A DNA stretch of 60,999 nt from Bacteroidota bacterium (GTDB taxonomy: Bacteria > Bacteroidota > Bacteroidia > Flavobacteriales_D > JABDKJ01), in contig JBCCIF010000005.1 of NCBI GenBank assembly GCA_039028335.1, positions 1-60,999 of the forward strand. Reading direction: 5' to 3'. A program made the translations under genes and the position numbers. How positions within the stretch are numbered: position 1 is the first letter of the stretch; each line of letters opens with the position of its first letter. The notes under the pieces were generated by a model, which saw nothing but the letters and a program-made list of their open reading frames with translations, did no database searches and was not told the DNA's origin. Positions 1-9,580 of this stretch are shown here, piece after piece.

Positions 1-251
1 CAGATGAAGAAATCTTTGCATCAAGTGTTCATTGGTTCATAAGAAATGATGTACTTGAAATCCATTCTTCAAAAATAATAAGGGATTTGTACATATATGA
101 CATTTCTGGTCGATTAGTTAGAAAGGCAGGACATTTCGAGAAGGACTCGAGATATTTAAACTTATCTAACTTTCAATCAGGCATTTATACGGGAATTGTT
201 ATTTTTGAACAAGAAAGACCGCAGGCTATCAAATTTTTCTCTTCGAACTAA
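1..251 (+). CDS. 3' end of a T9SS type A sorting-domain protein (partial, runs off window start)
   Basis: Frame from nt 3 is open to TAA 249-251 and reads ...RDLYIYDISGRLVRK...LNLSNFQSGIYTGIVIF...IKFFSSN*, with the YDxxGxxV and LxxGxY motifs of a T9SS CTD. Not in the ORF track. Confidence 0.8.
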   Translation, partial: DEEIFASSVHWFIRNDVLEIHSSKIIRDLYIYDISGRLVRKAGHFEKDSRYLNLSNFQSGIYTGIVIFEQERPQAIKFFSSN

Positions 252-307
252 GAATTAACAGAACTTTAGGGTAATAAATACCTCATTTGTAATGTTAAAT
301 GAAACCA

Positions 308-338
308 TTGTATTAATATTCTTTTAACGTTAACTTTG
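308..338 (+). promoter_or_regulatory. Bacteroidota sigma70 promoter (-33 TTG, -7 TAACTTTG) for the HlyD/VTC/DUF4956 operon
   Basis: TAACTTTG at 331-338 matches TAnnTTTG, with TTG 20 nt upstream; TTG start codon at 361. Confidence 0.55.
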
Positions 339-360
339 CAATAAGTTAGTCTTAGAATAA

Positions 361-1425
361 TTGGCATTGACATTTATTGATAGACATATTGGCAAGATCA
401 TAATTGGCTTTCTACTATTGGCCTTTATCATTGCATGGTTTGGTCCTTTTGAGGTAACGTACAAACTCACGTATTCTGGTAAGGTATATCCTTCAAAGAA
501 ATGGGCCTTAAAACAGGATAACAATCAGTATTTTACCGAGAACAGAAATTTTGTTGATGGCTTCAGTGAATCCATGAGCAGTTTCACTTTTGACAGAGGT
601 GACATAGTCGAATTGACGTTTAACGAGCGTCTAGAAAATGGAACTTATGTAAGTCAAGGAACATCGCTTTTCGAGTTCAAAAGCTACCTTCTAGAGCAAG
701 AAATTGCCGACCTTGAAACGAAAATAAATTCTCAACTGGCCACATTCACAGCAGAAAATACGGGTAGAAAGATCTCCGTAATACAAGAGGCCGAAAAAGA
801 ACTTACCATGGCCAAGCAACAATTGGACTTGGAAGAAAAAAACTTTGAAAGAGGAGAAGAACTTTTTAAGGATCAAATCATAGCTGAAGCTGAATTTCAA
901 GTTATTGAAAACAACTTAATGCTTGCCCAATCCAATGTTGAGCTGGCTGAACAAAAATTGGTCTCAGCCCGAACTGGGAGAAAAATTGAAAGTTTAGATG
1001 TCGTGAATGCACAGTTGGCAAATTTCGAAGCCAACCTGAATATTTTGAATGAAAAGAAAAGAGGATACAATGTCTCTGCTCCCTTTCAAGGAGAAGTGCT
1101 CTTTGATGCATTTAACAATAGCCTTATTTCGCTTGTAGACACCATTCAGCAAGTTGTTATTGTTCCAATTGAAGTTGAAGAAAAAGGATTTATAAATGAA
1201 AGACATGCTCGTGCGTGTTTAGATCTTCCAGGGTGTACAGGAAATTTTGACATGAATGTTGCTTTGGATAAAAAAGTCAATATCATTGATAACCGTCAGG
1301 TAGTCCTCGCTAAAGTTAAAATCCCACATAACCGACATCGAATGGATGAAGGTCTTATGGTGAATTGTGAGATTATTTGTGACACTATTCCAGTAAGAGA
1401 ATACCTGAAGCGCAAAATATTCTAG
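361..1425 (+). CDS. HlyD-like membrane fusion/periplasmic adaptor protein
   Basis: N-terminal TM helix, lipoyl-like halves (ENGTYVSQGTSLF...VSAPFQGEV), long coiled coil, C-terminal GLMVNCEI beta strand. Confidence 0.65.
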   Translation: MALTFIDRHIGKIIIGFLLLAFIIAWFGPFEVTYKLTYSGKVYPSKKWALKQDNNQYFTENRNFVDGFSESMSSFTFDRGDIVELTFNERLENGTYVSQGTSLFEFKSYLLEQEIADLETKINSQLATFTAENTGRKISVIQEAEKELTMAKQQLDLEEKNFERGEELFKDQIIAEAEFQVIENNLMLAQSNVELAEQKLVSARTGRKIESLDVVNAQLANFEANLNILNEKKRGYNVSAPFQGEVLFDAFNNSLISLVDTIQQVVIVPIEVEEKGFINERHARACLDLPGCTGNFDMNVALDKKVNIIDNRQVVLAKVKIPHNRHRMDEGLMVNCEIICDTIPVREYLKRKIF

Positions 1426-1428
1426 TCC

Positions 1429-2214
1429 TTGCGCTACGAATACAAGTATATCATCCCAAATTCTAAATTGTCTCGTCTACGAGAAATGATCTTACCTTTT
1501 GTCAATTTGGATGAGAATGCTCGTCAGCGATCTGAAAAACACTACACTGTACGAAGTATTTATATCGATACCCCAGACTTACATATATATACCGAAAAAA
1601 TAGAAGGTTTTCCGAACCGAAAAAAAGTAAGGCTGCGTGGTTATGACAGCCTTGAGCTTTCTAAAGGTGTTGTATTCACCGAAATAAAAAGAAAATATCA
1701 GATACCTATTCTGAAGAATAGAGCAAAAATGACTTACCAGGACGCGCTTGATCTTTTTTTGAATAAAACAGATCTGCACAGTGTCTTGCAAAAGGATAAG
1801 GCAATTGAAAATGCCAATCGTTTTTTCTATTATATCGGGAAAATGAAATTGAAGCCCGTGGTTCTCGTCACCTATGATCGCGAGCCATTTTTAAGTAAGA
1901 CTGATGACACAATTCGGGTGACCTTAGATAAGAATTTACGCAGTTTGTCTTTTCCCAGATTGGACGATTTGTATGAAGACGATAAACTGAAAATGGCCAT
2001 GCCCGATCACTTTATCCTAGAGGTAAAATTCAATCACTATTATCCTGGTTGGATGAAAGCCATAGCCCATTCACTCAATCTCAAACAAGTTTCTGCAAGC
2101 AAATACTGCATTTGCATTGATTCTCACGGCTTCATGAACAGAAGTCGAAAATTCAAAGTAATTTCAAACGCCAAACTCTTTAGAAAAAGATATGCTGGAA
2201 GAATTATCGAATAG
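1429..2214 (+). CDS. VTC-domain (CYTH-like) polyphosphate polymerase domain protein
   Basis: RYEYKY, YTVRSIYIDT, RKKVRLRGY, EIKRK, YDREPF, IRVTLD, ILEVKF and SKY motifs. Confidence 0.9.
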   Translation: MRYEYKYIIPNSKLSRLREMILPFVNLDENARQRSEKHYTVRSIYIDTPDLHIYTEKIEGFPNRKKVRLRGYDSLELSKGVVFTEIKRKYQIPILKNRAKMTYQDALDLFLNKTDLHSVLQKDKAIENANRFFYYIGKMKLKPVVLVTYDREPFLSKTDDTIRVTLDKNLRSLSFPRLDDLYEDDKLKMAMPDHFILEVKFNHYYPGWMKAIAHSLNLKQVSASKYCICIDSHGFMNRSRKFKVISNAKLFRKRYAGRIIE

Positions 2215-2878
2215 TAACCTGACCAATTTCAATCAAGATCTTAATCTCATTGTTTTAAATATGCTTGTGGCGCTTGCCTGTGGGATTGTTATTTCATTGG
2301 TTTATCGCTATACTTACAAAGGGCCGAGTTATTCTACTTCCTTTACAAATTCATTGGTTTTACTCTCTATGATTACCGCCATCGTAATTATGGTTATCGG
2401 AAACAATACAGCTACAGCTTTTGGACTGGTTGGTGCCATGTCTATTATTCGATTTAGAACTGCAGTCCGTGACGTAATAGATATCGTATTTATCTTCTTT
2501 TCATTGGCAATTGGACTTGCCGCTGGAGTTGGTTTTAAGGGAATTGCTCTGGTAGGAACTGTGCTTATTTCATTAGTGATCATTGTAGTCGTAAAAACGA
2601 ACTTTGCTCGACCTAAGCGTAGAAACTATCTATTGCAAATTCTTTATGACAACAATGATGAAGCTGAGAACGGTATTCAAAAGGAACTAAGAAAATATTG
2701 CAAACAGCTGAAATTAGTTAACCTTCAAACACATGAGCACAACAACAATATTGAAGCTTATTATCACGTAGTTCTGCGGAATCAAGACAAGAGTTCAGAG
2801 CTTTTAAGACAGCTGAAAGAAATTAGGGATGTGGACAAAATCAACTTGTATTTTGACGAGGAAGATTCTCCTCAGTAG
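2192..2878 (+). CDS. DUF4956 membrane protein
   Basis: TM helices with IMVIGNN-x-AFGLVGAMSIIRFRT, a soluble C-terminal domain, and an overlap with the VTC gene. Confidence 0.88.
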   Translation: MLEELSNSNLTNFNQDLNLIVLNMLVALACGIVISLVYRYTYKGPSYSTSFTNSLVLLSMITAIVIMVIGNNTATAFGLVGAMSIIRFRTAVRDVIDIVFIFFSLAIGLAAGVGFKGIALVGTVLISLVIIVVVKTNFARPKRRNYLLQILYDNNDEAENGIQKELRKYCKQLKLVNLQTHEHNNNIEAYYHVVLRNQDKSSELLRQLKEIRDVDKINLYFDEEDSPQ

Positions 2879-4236
2879 TTAATTTTTTCGCGATATAGGA
2901 ATTTTTTCTGGCTGCTTTCAAAGGGCCGATAGATATAATAAGCATATCCATCTCTTATCCGAATTCTTTCAGCATACTTATAATGGAGTTTCTTATTCCC
3001 ACTTACTTCCGCATTCTTTGAATCAATTTTCTTCAAATAGGTAAAACCGTTTCTCGAATAACTGGTCCAAAAAGTTTGTTGAATATCGTCTAAATAAACC
3101 TCTCCATCCCAAGCATTATTCGGCATCCATTTTTCATCGTAGCGCTTGCGTTTATGATAATTGAACTCAATGCTATCAATAGCATTATTCCATTTAGAAT
3201 ACTTCATTAAGCGATCGCTATGATGATCAAAAATTAAAACCGTATCGTTCATGACAAAAAGTGGGGCATTCGGTGTCTCGAAATAAGCCTGTTTATCAAA
3301 GCCTCTCATGTATGCCCCAATAATCTTGCGATCAATTCCTGTTCTGATTGACATATTCGTTGCATCTACCCTATCCCTATTACTTAGATACTTGAATTCA
3401 GATCGCATTAACTCCATTCCAAATTTGTCGCTTATATAGCGTAAAAGGGTATAGGTACTATCTCGGCTATCCAGTGTATAATATTCAAAAGCAGGATATG
3501 AAGGATTGAAATTTGAGAGATAGGTAACGTCCCCAATGGAATCAATTTTAGGCTCCATGAGCTCCGAATAAACGCTCTTCTTTATTTGAATCGTATCGAT
3601 TCGCGCTGAATCCATTTTGAAAAGAATCACATGTTTGTCAGATGACAATATTGGATACTTGCCGTATTTATTTTTGAATTCAAATTGGCCTGAATTTAAT
3701 GGAATGCTATCGCGTATGCGGTTCTCAAAATCCGTACTATAGACCACTACATTCTCGTATATTTCATTCTCGTATTGATCTGCTGACCTTAGGCTTTTTT
3801 CCCTTTGATATGCCAAAACGCATAATCCGCTTTCTGTAAAATCAAAATCACAAACATGCCTTAACTCGTTTGAAAAGACTAACTCGGGCAAGGGATCTGG
3901 AAGAATTTCAGGTCCTTCAAGGATTTTAGAATCGAGGTCCAATTGAAAAAGTTGATTCTGTTGTTCCAAACCCTCATCCAGTGAATTTATCAAACGCTCA
4001 TAGGTCTTATAGGCTACATGCGTTAGTCGAAGTCGCAGAGGAAACTCAATATTCTTCAAAGTAAAAAATCCCTCTTTATTACTCGAGACTCCTCTTTTCG
4101 AATTGAGTTCTATGATATTCACGCCCGCAATCGCTTGACCGGTCTCTTTATCCACAATTCTACCACTGAAGGATTGAGATTTAGCCCAAAAAGGTAATAT
4201 CAAAATCAAGCCGAAGAATATACTTTTGCTTAGCAT
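2872..4236 (-). CDS. Carboxypeptidase-regulatory-like domain secreted protein
   Basis: Signal peptide followed by SGRIVDKETGQAIAGVNI...SNKEGFF...THVAY. Confidence 0.75.
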   Translation of the reverse strand: MLSKSIFFGLILILPFWAKSQSFSGRIVDKETGQAIAGVNIIELNSKRGVSSNKEGFFTLKNIEFPLRLRLTHVAYKTYERLINSLDEGLEQQNQLFQLDLDSKILEGPEILPDPLPELVFSNELRHVCDFDFTESGLCVLAYQREKSLRSADQYENEIYENVVVYSTDFENRIRDSIPLNSGQFEFKNKYGKYPILSSDKHVILFKMDSARIDTIQIKKSVYSELMEPKIDSIGDVTYLSNFNPSYPAFEYYTLDSRDSTYTLLRYISDKFGMELMRSEFKYLSNRDRVDATNMSIRTGIDRKIIGAYMRGFDKQAYFETPNAPLFVMNDTVLIFDHHSDRLMKYSKWNNAIDSIEFNYHKRKRYDEKWMPNNAWDGEVYLDDIQQTFWTSYSRNGFTYLKKIDSKNAEVSGNKKLHYKYAERIRIRDGYAYYIYRPFESSQKKFLYREKINY

Positions 4237-4247
4237 CCTTTTTAAAG

Positions 4248-4751
4248 ATGCGAATTAATCACCAAATCCACAAAATGGGAACTTACGCGTATTATTTAGA
4301 ATTAATGTGGTCTGGGAATCGTCATGAAATTTCAGAAGATCAAGAGAACTATAGCCGGGACTTTGAGGTGACAAGCAATGGAATAAAAACCATATTGGGA
4401 TCGGCAGATCCCCAATTCAAAGGAAATTCAGAAAAAATAAATCCGCATGAGTTGTTCTTAGCTTCGCTTGCTTCAAGTCACATGCTCTGGTATTTGCATT
4501 TGTGCACCATAGAGAAAATCAGCGTAGAACATTATACAGATAGTCCTCAGGGCACTATGGAAATGGAAAGCAATGGAACAGTGCAATTCCAAGAAATCAT
4601 ACTTAAACCGAGAATAATAATAGATCGAGAATCAAAAAAAGCCTTGGCTGAATCACTTCATACCAAAGCTTTGCGTAAATGTCTAATCGCGAAATCAGTT
4701 GACTTCCCGATTCAAATCTTCTCGACTATTGGATCCAGGTCATCCAATTGA
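4248..4751 (+). CDS. OsmC/Ohr family protein (first catalytic Cys appears replaced by Ser)
   Basis: YSRD, GSADPQFKG, NPHELFLASLASSHMLWYLHLC, KCLIAKSV. True start may be ATG 4275 (MGTYAY). Confidence 0.85.
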   Translation: MRINHQIHKMGTYAYYLELMWSGNRHEISEDQENYSRDFEVTSNGIKTILGSADPQFKGNSEKINPHELFLASLASSHMLWYLHLCTIEKISVEHYTDSPQGTMEMESNGTVQFQEIILKPRIIIDRESKKALAESLHTKALRKCLIAKSVDFPIQIFSTIGSRSSN

Positions 4752-5793
4752 ATACGTCTTCTTGTCGACCTGTTCGAATATCTTCTAAAGCATTTTTCAA
4801 TTTCAAGGAATACGGATTTTCTCGCATTGGAATATTGAAGTTTGTCCCATCAATTGAAATGGATTCAACAGGAGCAATTGTCGCTGCAGTTCCAATTCCA
4901 AAAGCTTCTTTTACTCTTAGGTTTTCAAAACACTCTCGCAAAAAACGAATGCTAATTGGAGCTTCGTTCACCTTTACTCCCCATTCTTTCAGAAGTTGAA
5001 TTACTGAGTTTCTTGTTATTCCTTTAAGAATAGAACCTTCTGTTGGAGGCGTATAGAATTCATCATCAATAAAGAATCCTATATTCATAGTACCTGATTC
5101 TTCAACATATTCATGCTCAACACTGTCTGTCCACAGTAATTGATCAAAACCTTCTTCTTTTGCGAGTTTGGCTGGATATAATGAACCGGCATAATTTCCT
5201 GCAGCTTTCGCCTGACCGAAGCCTCCTTTTGCCGCTCTGGAATACTTTCTTTCAACTTTTAATTTAAGAGGATTGTTATAATATGAACCTACAGGGCCAG
5301 TGAATATGAGGAATTTATAAGTCTGAGAAGCTTTAACCCCGATATAGGTATCTGTCGCGAACATAAAAGGTCGAATGTAAAGCGAACTTCCTCTCTTTTG
5401 TGGAATCCAATTGTGATCCATTTGAATCAGTTTACTCAGACCTTCAATAAAAAGATCAACAGGAATTTCAGGCATGCACATACGCACGGCTGATTCATTC
5501 AAGCGCTTTGCATTTTCTCTAGGTCTAAACAAACCTACTTTTCCATCCTCAGTCTTATACGCTTTCATTCCTTCAAATATGGCCTGACCATAATGCAGGA
5601 CACTGGCTGAAGGTGCCATTGGAATGGGACCATATGGACAAATTGATATATTGGTCCACTCTCCATTTTCGTAGTCCATTTGAAACATGTGATCTGAAAA
5701 CACCCTTCCAAAAGGAATGCTATCAAAATCTACCTGACTCAGTCTTGAATTCGAAGTTTCAATTACTTCAATTTCTGTATCTTCCACTATCAT
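4726..5793 (-). CDS. ilvE: Branched-chain amino acid aminotransferase
   Basis: FGRVFSDHM, LHYGQAIFEGMKAY, LYIRPF, KAAGNY, EESGTMN, ILKGITR. ATG 5793 chosen because the promoter element TACTTTTG (5818-5825, minus) overlaps the ORF-track TTG. Confidence 0.95.
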   Translation of the reverse strand: MIVEDTEIEVIETSNSRLSQVDFDSIPFGRVFSDHMFQMDYENGEWTNISICPYGPIPMAPSASVLHYGQAIFEGMKAYKTEDGKVGLFRPRENAKRLNESAVRMCMPEIPVDLFIEGLSKLIQMDHNWIPQKRGSSLYIRPFMFATDTYIGVKASQTYKFLIFTGPVGSYYNNPLKLKVERKYSRAAKGGFGQAKAAGNYAGSLYPAKLAKEEGFDQLLWTDSVEHEYVEESGTMNIGFFIDDEFYTPPTEGSILKGITRNSVIQLLKEWGVKVNEAPISIRFLRECFENLRVKEAFGIGTAATIAPVESISIDGTNFNIPMRENPYSLKLKNALEDIRTGRQEDVFNWMTWIQ

Positions 5794-5869
5794 GTTAAAT
5801 TGGGATTTTGTGTTCTTCAAAAGTACGATAATTTAAAGGAATTATTGCTTTTTTTAGTGCCTTATAGAC

Positions 5870-7783
5870 GTGGCTTTGCATTCTTACGAAGAAATATTGA
5901 ATACATATTGGGGATTTGAAAATTTTCGACCTCTGCAACAAGAAATAATCGAAAGTATTGGCAATCAGAAAGATACAATTGCCCTTTTACCAACTGGCGG
6001 AGGCAAGTCTATATGCTATCAAGTGCCTGGAATGGCATCAAATGGACTCTGTCTTGTCATCTCTCCCCTTATAGCACTTATGAACGATCAAGTCGAAAAT
6101 CTAAAAAAGAAGGGTATTAAAGCTATTTCTGTCACCAGTGCATTGAGCAGTAAAGAAATCGACATTGCACTCGACAATGCGGCATACGGTGATTATAAGT
6201 TTCTCTATATCTCGCCTGAAAGGTTGCAAACAAATCTTTTTCAAGAAAGGCTTTTAAAAATGAATATCAATGTAATCGCAGTTGATGAAGCGCATTGCAT
6301 TTCACAATGGGGTTACGACTTTAGACCCGCCTACTTGAATATCGCTAGCATTAGAGAAATCAAACCTGAGACACCTATAATTGCGCTTACAGCTTCAGCA
6401 ACGGATAAAGTCGTTGAAGACATAAAGGCCCGACTCGGACTGCGTTCACCTGAACTTTTTAAAAAAAGTTTTACGCGCAAAAACCTTGCTTATGTGGTCT
6501 TAAGAGAAGAATCTAAAGAACGTAAGCTTTTGGACATTCTCAATAAAGTTAAAGGGAGCAGTATCGTTTACGTACGAAGCAGAAAACAGAGCAAGGTGAT
6601 TAGTTCATTCCTGAGAGACAATGGCATTAGTGCAGATTACTATCACGCTGGATTAAGCAACCAAGCGCGCAATGAAAAACAAAAAGCCTGGATGAATAAT
6701 CTCATCAGAGTCATCGTTTCAACCAATGCTTTTGGAATTGGAATAGATAAAGCAGATGTACGAACCGTAATTCACTTTGATCTATGCGAAAATCCAGAGA
6801 ACTATTACCAAGAGGCTGGTAGAGCAGGGCGAGATGGGAAAAAGGCTTATGCTGTGCAGCTATTTAATGATCGAGATATAGCTTTGGGAGAAATCAAAAT
6901 CAACAATCAATTCCCAGATAGGTCTTTCATTGAAAGCTGTTATGACGCGATAGGAAAGCACTTTAACCTAGCCTACGGGTCGGGCTCGGAATGCAGCTTC
7001 CCATTTGAACTCAACGAATTTGTTTCTCGTTATAACTTTCCTGTTTTACCCGCCTATTATGCTTTAAAAATTCTTGAAAGGAATAACTACCTAATTCTCA
7101 ACGAAGTCGACTATCAGAATTCTCGTATTAAGATATTGGTCGACAATACAAGCATTTATGATTATCAATTGAGAAATGAAAAATATGCTGCCTTAATCAA
7201 TGTTCTCCTCCGTTCATACGCCCACCTTTTTGATGAATATGTTGGAATAAATGAACGCGAATTAGCGAAGAGACTTCAATTGAACTATTCGGAGATCATA
7301 AAGCAATTACAATTCCTGAATAAACTTGAATTAGTTGATTACAGAGCACGAAATGAAGGCGGGAGCATTTATTTCGTTCAGCCTCGAGTTCCTAAAGAGA
7401 GAATTTTTATTGACAAGAATACTTTTTCGATTAGAAAAAGTATTCTTGAAGAAAAATGGGCAAATATGAAAGCTTACCTTTCAAACGTAGAATACTGCAG
7501 AAGTAAATTGTTGGTTTCTTTTTTTGATGAAAATGACGCCAAGAATTGTGGTATATGTGATGTGTGCTTGGAAAGAAAGAAGATCAACCTCAGCACAAAT
7601 GAATTTAGGCATCTACTCAATGAAATAAAAGATATACTAGAAGAGACTCCCTTGGAAATTGATGAATTGTCAGAACTCATGAAGCATCGAAAAAATGATG
7701 AGTTGCTTTCGGTCATTCGTTGGCTAAACGATCAAAATACGATTCAATTAAGAGAAAATAAGCTTCATTGGAAACAAAATTAA
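5870..7783 (+). CDS. recQ: RecQ family ATP-dependent DNA helicase
   Basis: PTGGGKS, DEAHCISQWGYDFR, LTASA, QEAGRAGRDG and the Zn-binding CR...CGICDVC. Confidence 0.93.
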   Translation: MALHSYEEILNTYWGFENFRPLQQEIIESIGNQKDTIALLPTGGGKSICYQVPGMASNGLCLVISPLIALMNDQVENLKKKGIKAISVTSALSSKEIDIALDNAAYGDYKFLYISPERLQTNLFQERLLKMNINVIAVDEAHCISQWGYDFRPAYLNIASIREIKPETPIIALTASATDKVVEDIKARLGLRSPELFKKSFTRKNLAYVVLREESKERKLLDILNKVKGSSIVYVRSRKQSKVISSFLRDNGISADYYHAGLSNQARNEKQKAWMNNLIRVIVSTNAFGIGIDKADVRTVIHFDLCENPENYYQEAGRAGRDGKKAYAVQLFNDRDIALGEIKINNQFPDRSFIESCYDAIGKHFNLAYGSGSECSFPFELNEFVSRYNFPVLPAYYALKILERNNYLILNEVDYQNSRIKILVDNTSIYDYQLRNEKYAALINVLLRSYAHLFDEYVGINERELAKRLQLNYSEIIKQLQFLNKLELVDYRARNEGGSIYFVQPRVPKERIFIDKNTFSIRKSILEEKWANMKAYLSNVEYCRSKLLVSFFDENDAKNCGICDVCLERKKINLSTNEFRHLLNEIKDILEETPLEIDELSELMKHRKNDELLSVIRWLNDQNTIQLRENKLHWKQN

Positions 7784-8355
7784 AACGGGATTATTATAGT
7801 AATGAGGATGTTGTATTTCTGGCAAAGGATCTTATTGGAAAAGTCCTATGTACAAATATTCAAGGTCAATATAGCGCTGGAATCATTTCTGAAACAGAAG
7901 CTTACAAGGGACCTGAAGATCGGGCATCTCATGCCTATGGCAACAAAAGGACTAACAGGACTGAAATTATGTTTGGAGAACCTGGTTTCGCTTATGTTTA
8001 TCTCTGTTATGGCATACACAAACTCTTCAATGTTGTTTCAGGACCAAAAGATATTCCTCATGCTGTATTAATACGTGGCACAAAACCACTCGAAGGAATT
8101 CCTATTATGGAAAAAAGAAGATCCATGAAGAGCACCAAAAAGAACTTCTCAAGTGGTCCTGGAACGCTTACAATTGCTCTTGGGTTAAATATGCACCATA
8201 ATAAAATGGACTTGGAAGGAGACGAGGTTTGGATTGAGGATAGAAACATTCCAATTAAAGGAAGCGAAATTATTCAAGGGCCTCGAATAGGAATCGATTA
8301 CTCAGGCCCCGACAAAGACCTCCCCTATCGATTTCTTTGGAAATTAGCGAAATAA
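7768..8355 (+). CDS. mpg: DNA-3-methyladenine glycosylase (MPG family)
   Basis: ETEAYKGPEDRASHA, YVYLCYGIH, AVLIRG, GPGTL, PRIGI. Confidence 0.93.
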   Translation: METKLKRDYYSNEDVVFLAKDLIGKVLCTNIQGQYSAGIISETEAYKGPEDRASHAYGNKRTNRTEIMFGEPGFAYVYLCYGIHKLFNVVSGPKDIPHAVLIRGTKPLEGIPIMEKRRSMKSTKKNFSSGPGTLTIALGLNMHHNKMDLEGDEVWIEDRNIPIKGSEIIQGPRIGIDYSGPDKDLPYRFLWKLAK

Positions 8356-8357
8356 CT

Positions 8358-8365
8358 TAGTTTTG
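8358..8365 (+). promoter_or_regulatory. -7 promoter element TAGTTTTG for rlmI
   Basis: TAnnTTTG match 6 nt before ATG 8372. Confidence 0.5.
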
Positions 8366-8371
8366 CAGCCG

Positions 8372-9547
8372 ATGACAGACGTCTTTCTTAAACCAAGAAA
8401 AGAACAATCCCTGGAGCGCAGGCACCCTTGGGTATTTTCAGGTGCCATCAAAAAAATTGATGGGCAGGTTCAGAATGGAGATCTCGTAAACGTCAGGGCC
8501 AATAAAGGCAGATTCCTTGCGAAAGGAGTATATAGTGAAGGGAGCATTGCAATACGTATTCTGAGCTTTGAAGAAGAACCCATTGATGAAGATTTCATCT
8601 TTGATCAATTAAAAAAAGCATGGGAAAAACGGTCCGCCTTAGGATTGGTAGAGAATCAAACGACCAATATTTTCCGTTGGGTTCATGCCGAGGGAGATCA
8701 TCTTCCAGGACTCATCATAGATGTATATGGGGATACCGCTGTTATACAAGCGCATTCCATCGGGATGCACCGTTTGGTATTGCCGGTAGCTGAGCGTTTC
8801 ATGGAAATCAGCCATGGCACAATTAAAAACGTTTTTGATAAAAGCGGTACAACGCTCAAGAAACAAGGAATTGAAATAGACAACAGTTATCTTCTGGGTG
8901 AAAAATCCACTTCTAAATTGATCGAAAATTCTGTTTATTTCAAAATAGACTGGGAAAATGGTCAAAAGACAGGTTTTTTTATCGACCAGCGCTTCAATAG
9001 AAACTTATTGAAACGGTATAGCAATGAAAAAATCGTACTCAACACCTTTTGCTATACGGGCGGTTTTTCACTGTATGCACTCCAGGGTGGTGCGAGCAAG
9101 GTAATTTCTCTCGACAGCTCGCAATCTGCGCTCGAATTGGTTGAAGAAAATATTGAATGGAATCACTTTCAAAGCAAAAAACATGAAACGGTAAAAGCAG
9201 ATGCAGTAGAATATTTAAAGCAATTACCCGAGGATATAGATATCATTGTTCTTGACCCGCCAGCTTTTGCTAAACATATGAGTGCACGTCATCAAGCCAT
9301 TCAAGGATACAAAAGGATTAATAGCCACGCTATTCGACAAATTAAGTCTGGAGGTATCATTTTTACATTTTCTTGCTCTCAAGTGATAGATAAAAAACTT
9401 TTTAGGGACACTGTTCTTGCTGCTGCTATTAATGCGAATCGAAAAGTTCGCATATTGCATCAGCTGCACCAACCGGCTGATCACCCAATAAACATTTATC
9501 ATCCCGAAGGTGAATATTTGAAAGGACTTGTTCTTGAAGTGGAATAG
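8372..9547 (+). CDS. rlmI: 23S rRNA (C1962-C5)-methyltransferase, RlmI family
   Basis: PUA domain RHPWVFSGAI, AEGDHLPGLIID, GQKTGFFIDQR, FCYTGGFS, LDPPAF, FSCS, YLKG. Confidence 0.9.
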   Translation: MTDVFLKPRKEQSLERRHPWVFSGAIKKIDGQVQNGDLVNVRANKGRFLAKGVYSEGSIAIRILSFEEEPIDEDFIFDQLKKAWEKRSALGLVENQTTNIFRWVHAEGDHLPGLIIDVYGDTAVIQAHSIGMHRLVLPVAERFMEISHGTIKNVFDKSGTTLKKQGIEIDNSYLLGEKSTSKLIENSVYFKIDWENGQKTGFFIDQRFNRNLLKRYSNEKIVLNTFCYTGGFSLYALQGGASKVISLDSSQSALELVEENIEWNHFQSKKHETVKADAVEYLKQLPEDIDIIVLDPPAFAKHMSARHQAIQGYKRINSHAIRQIKSGGIIFTFSCSQVIDKKLFRDTVLAAAINANRKVRILHQLHQPADHPINIYHPEGEYLKGLVLEVE

Positions 9548-9580
9548 AATTTGCACAGATTATTCCCTAATTTTACACCT

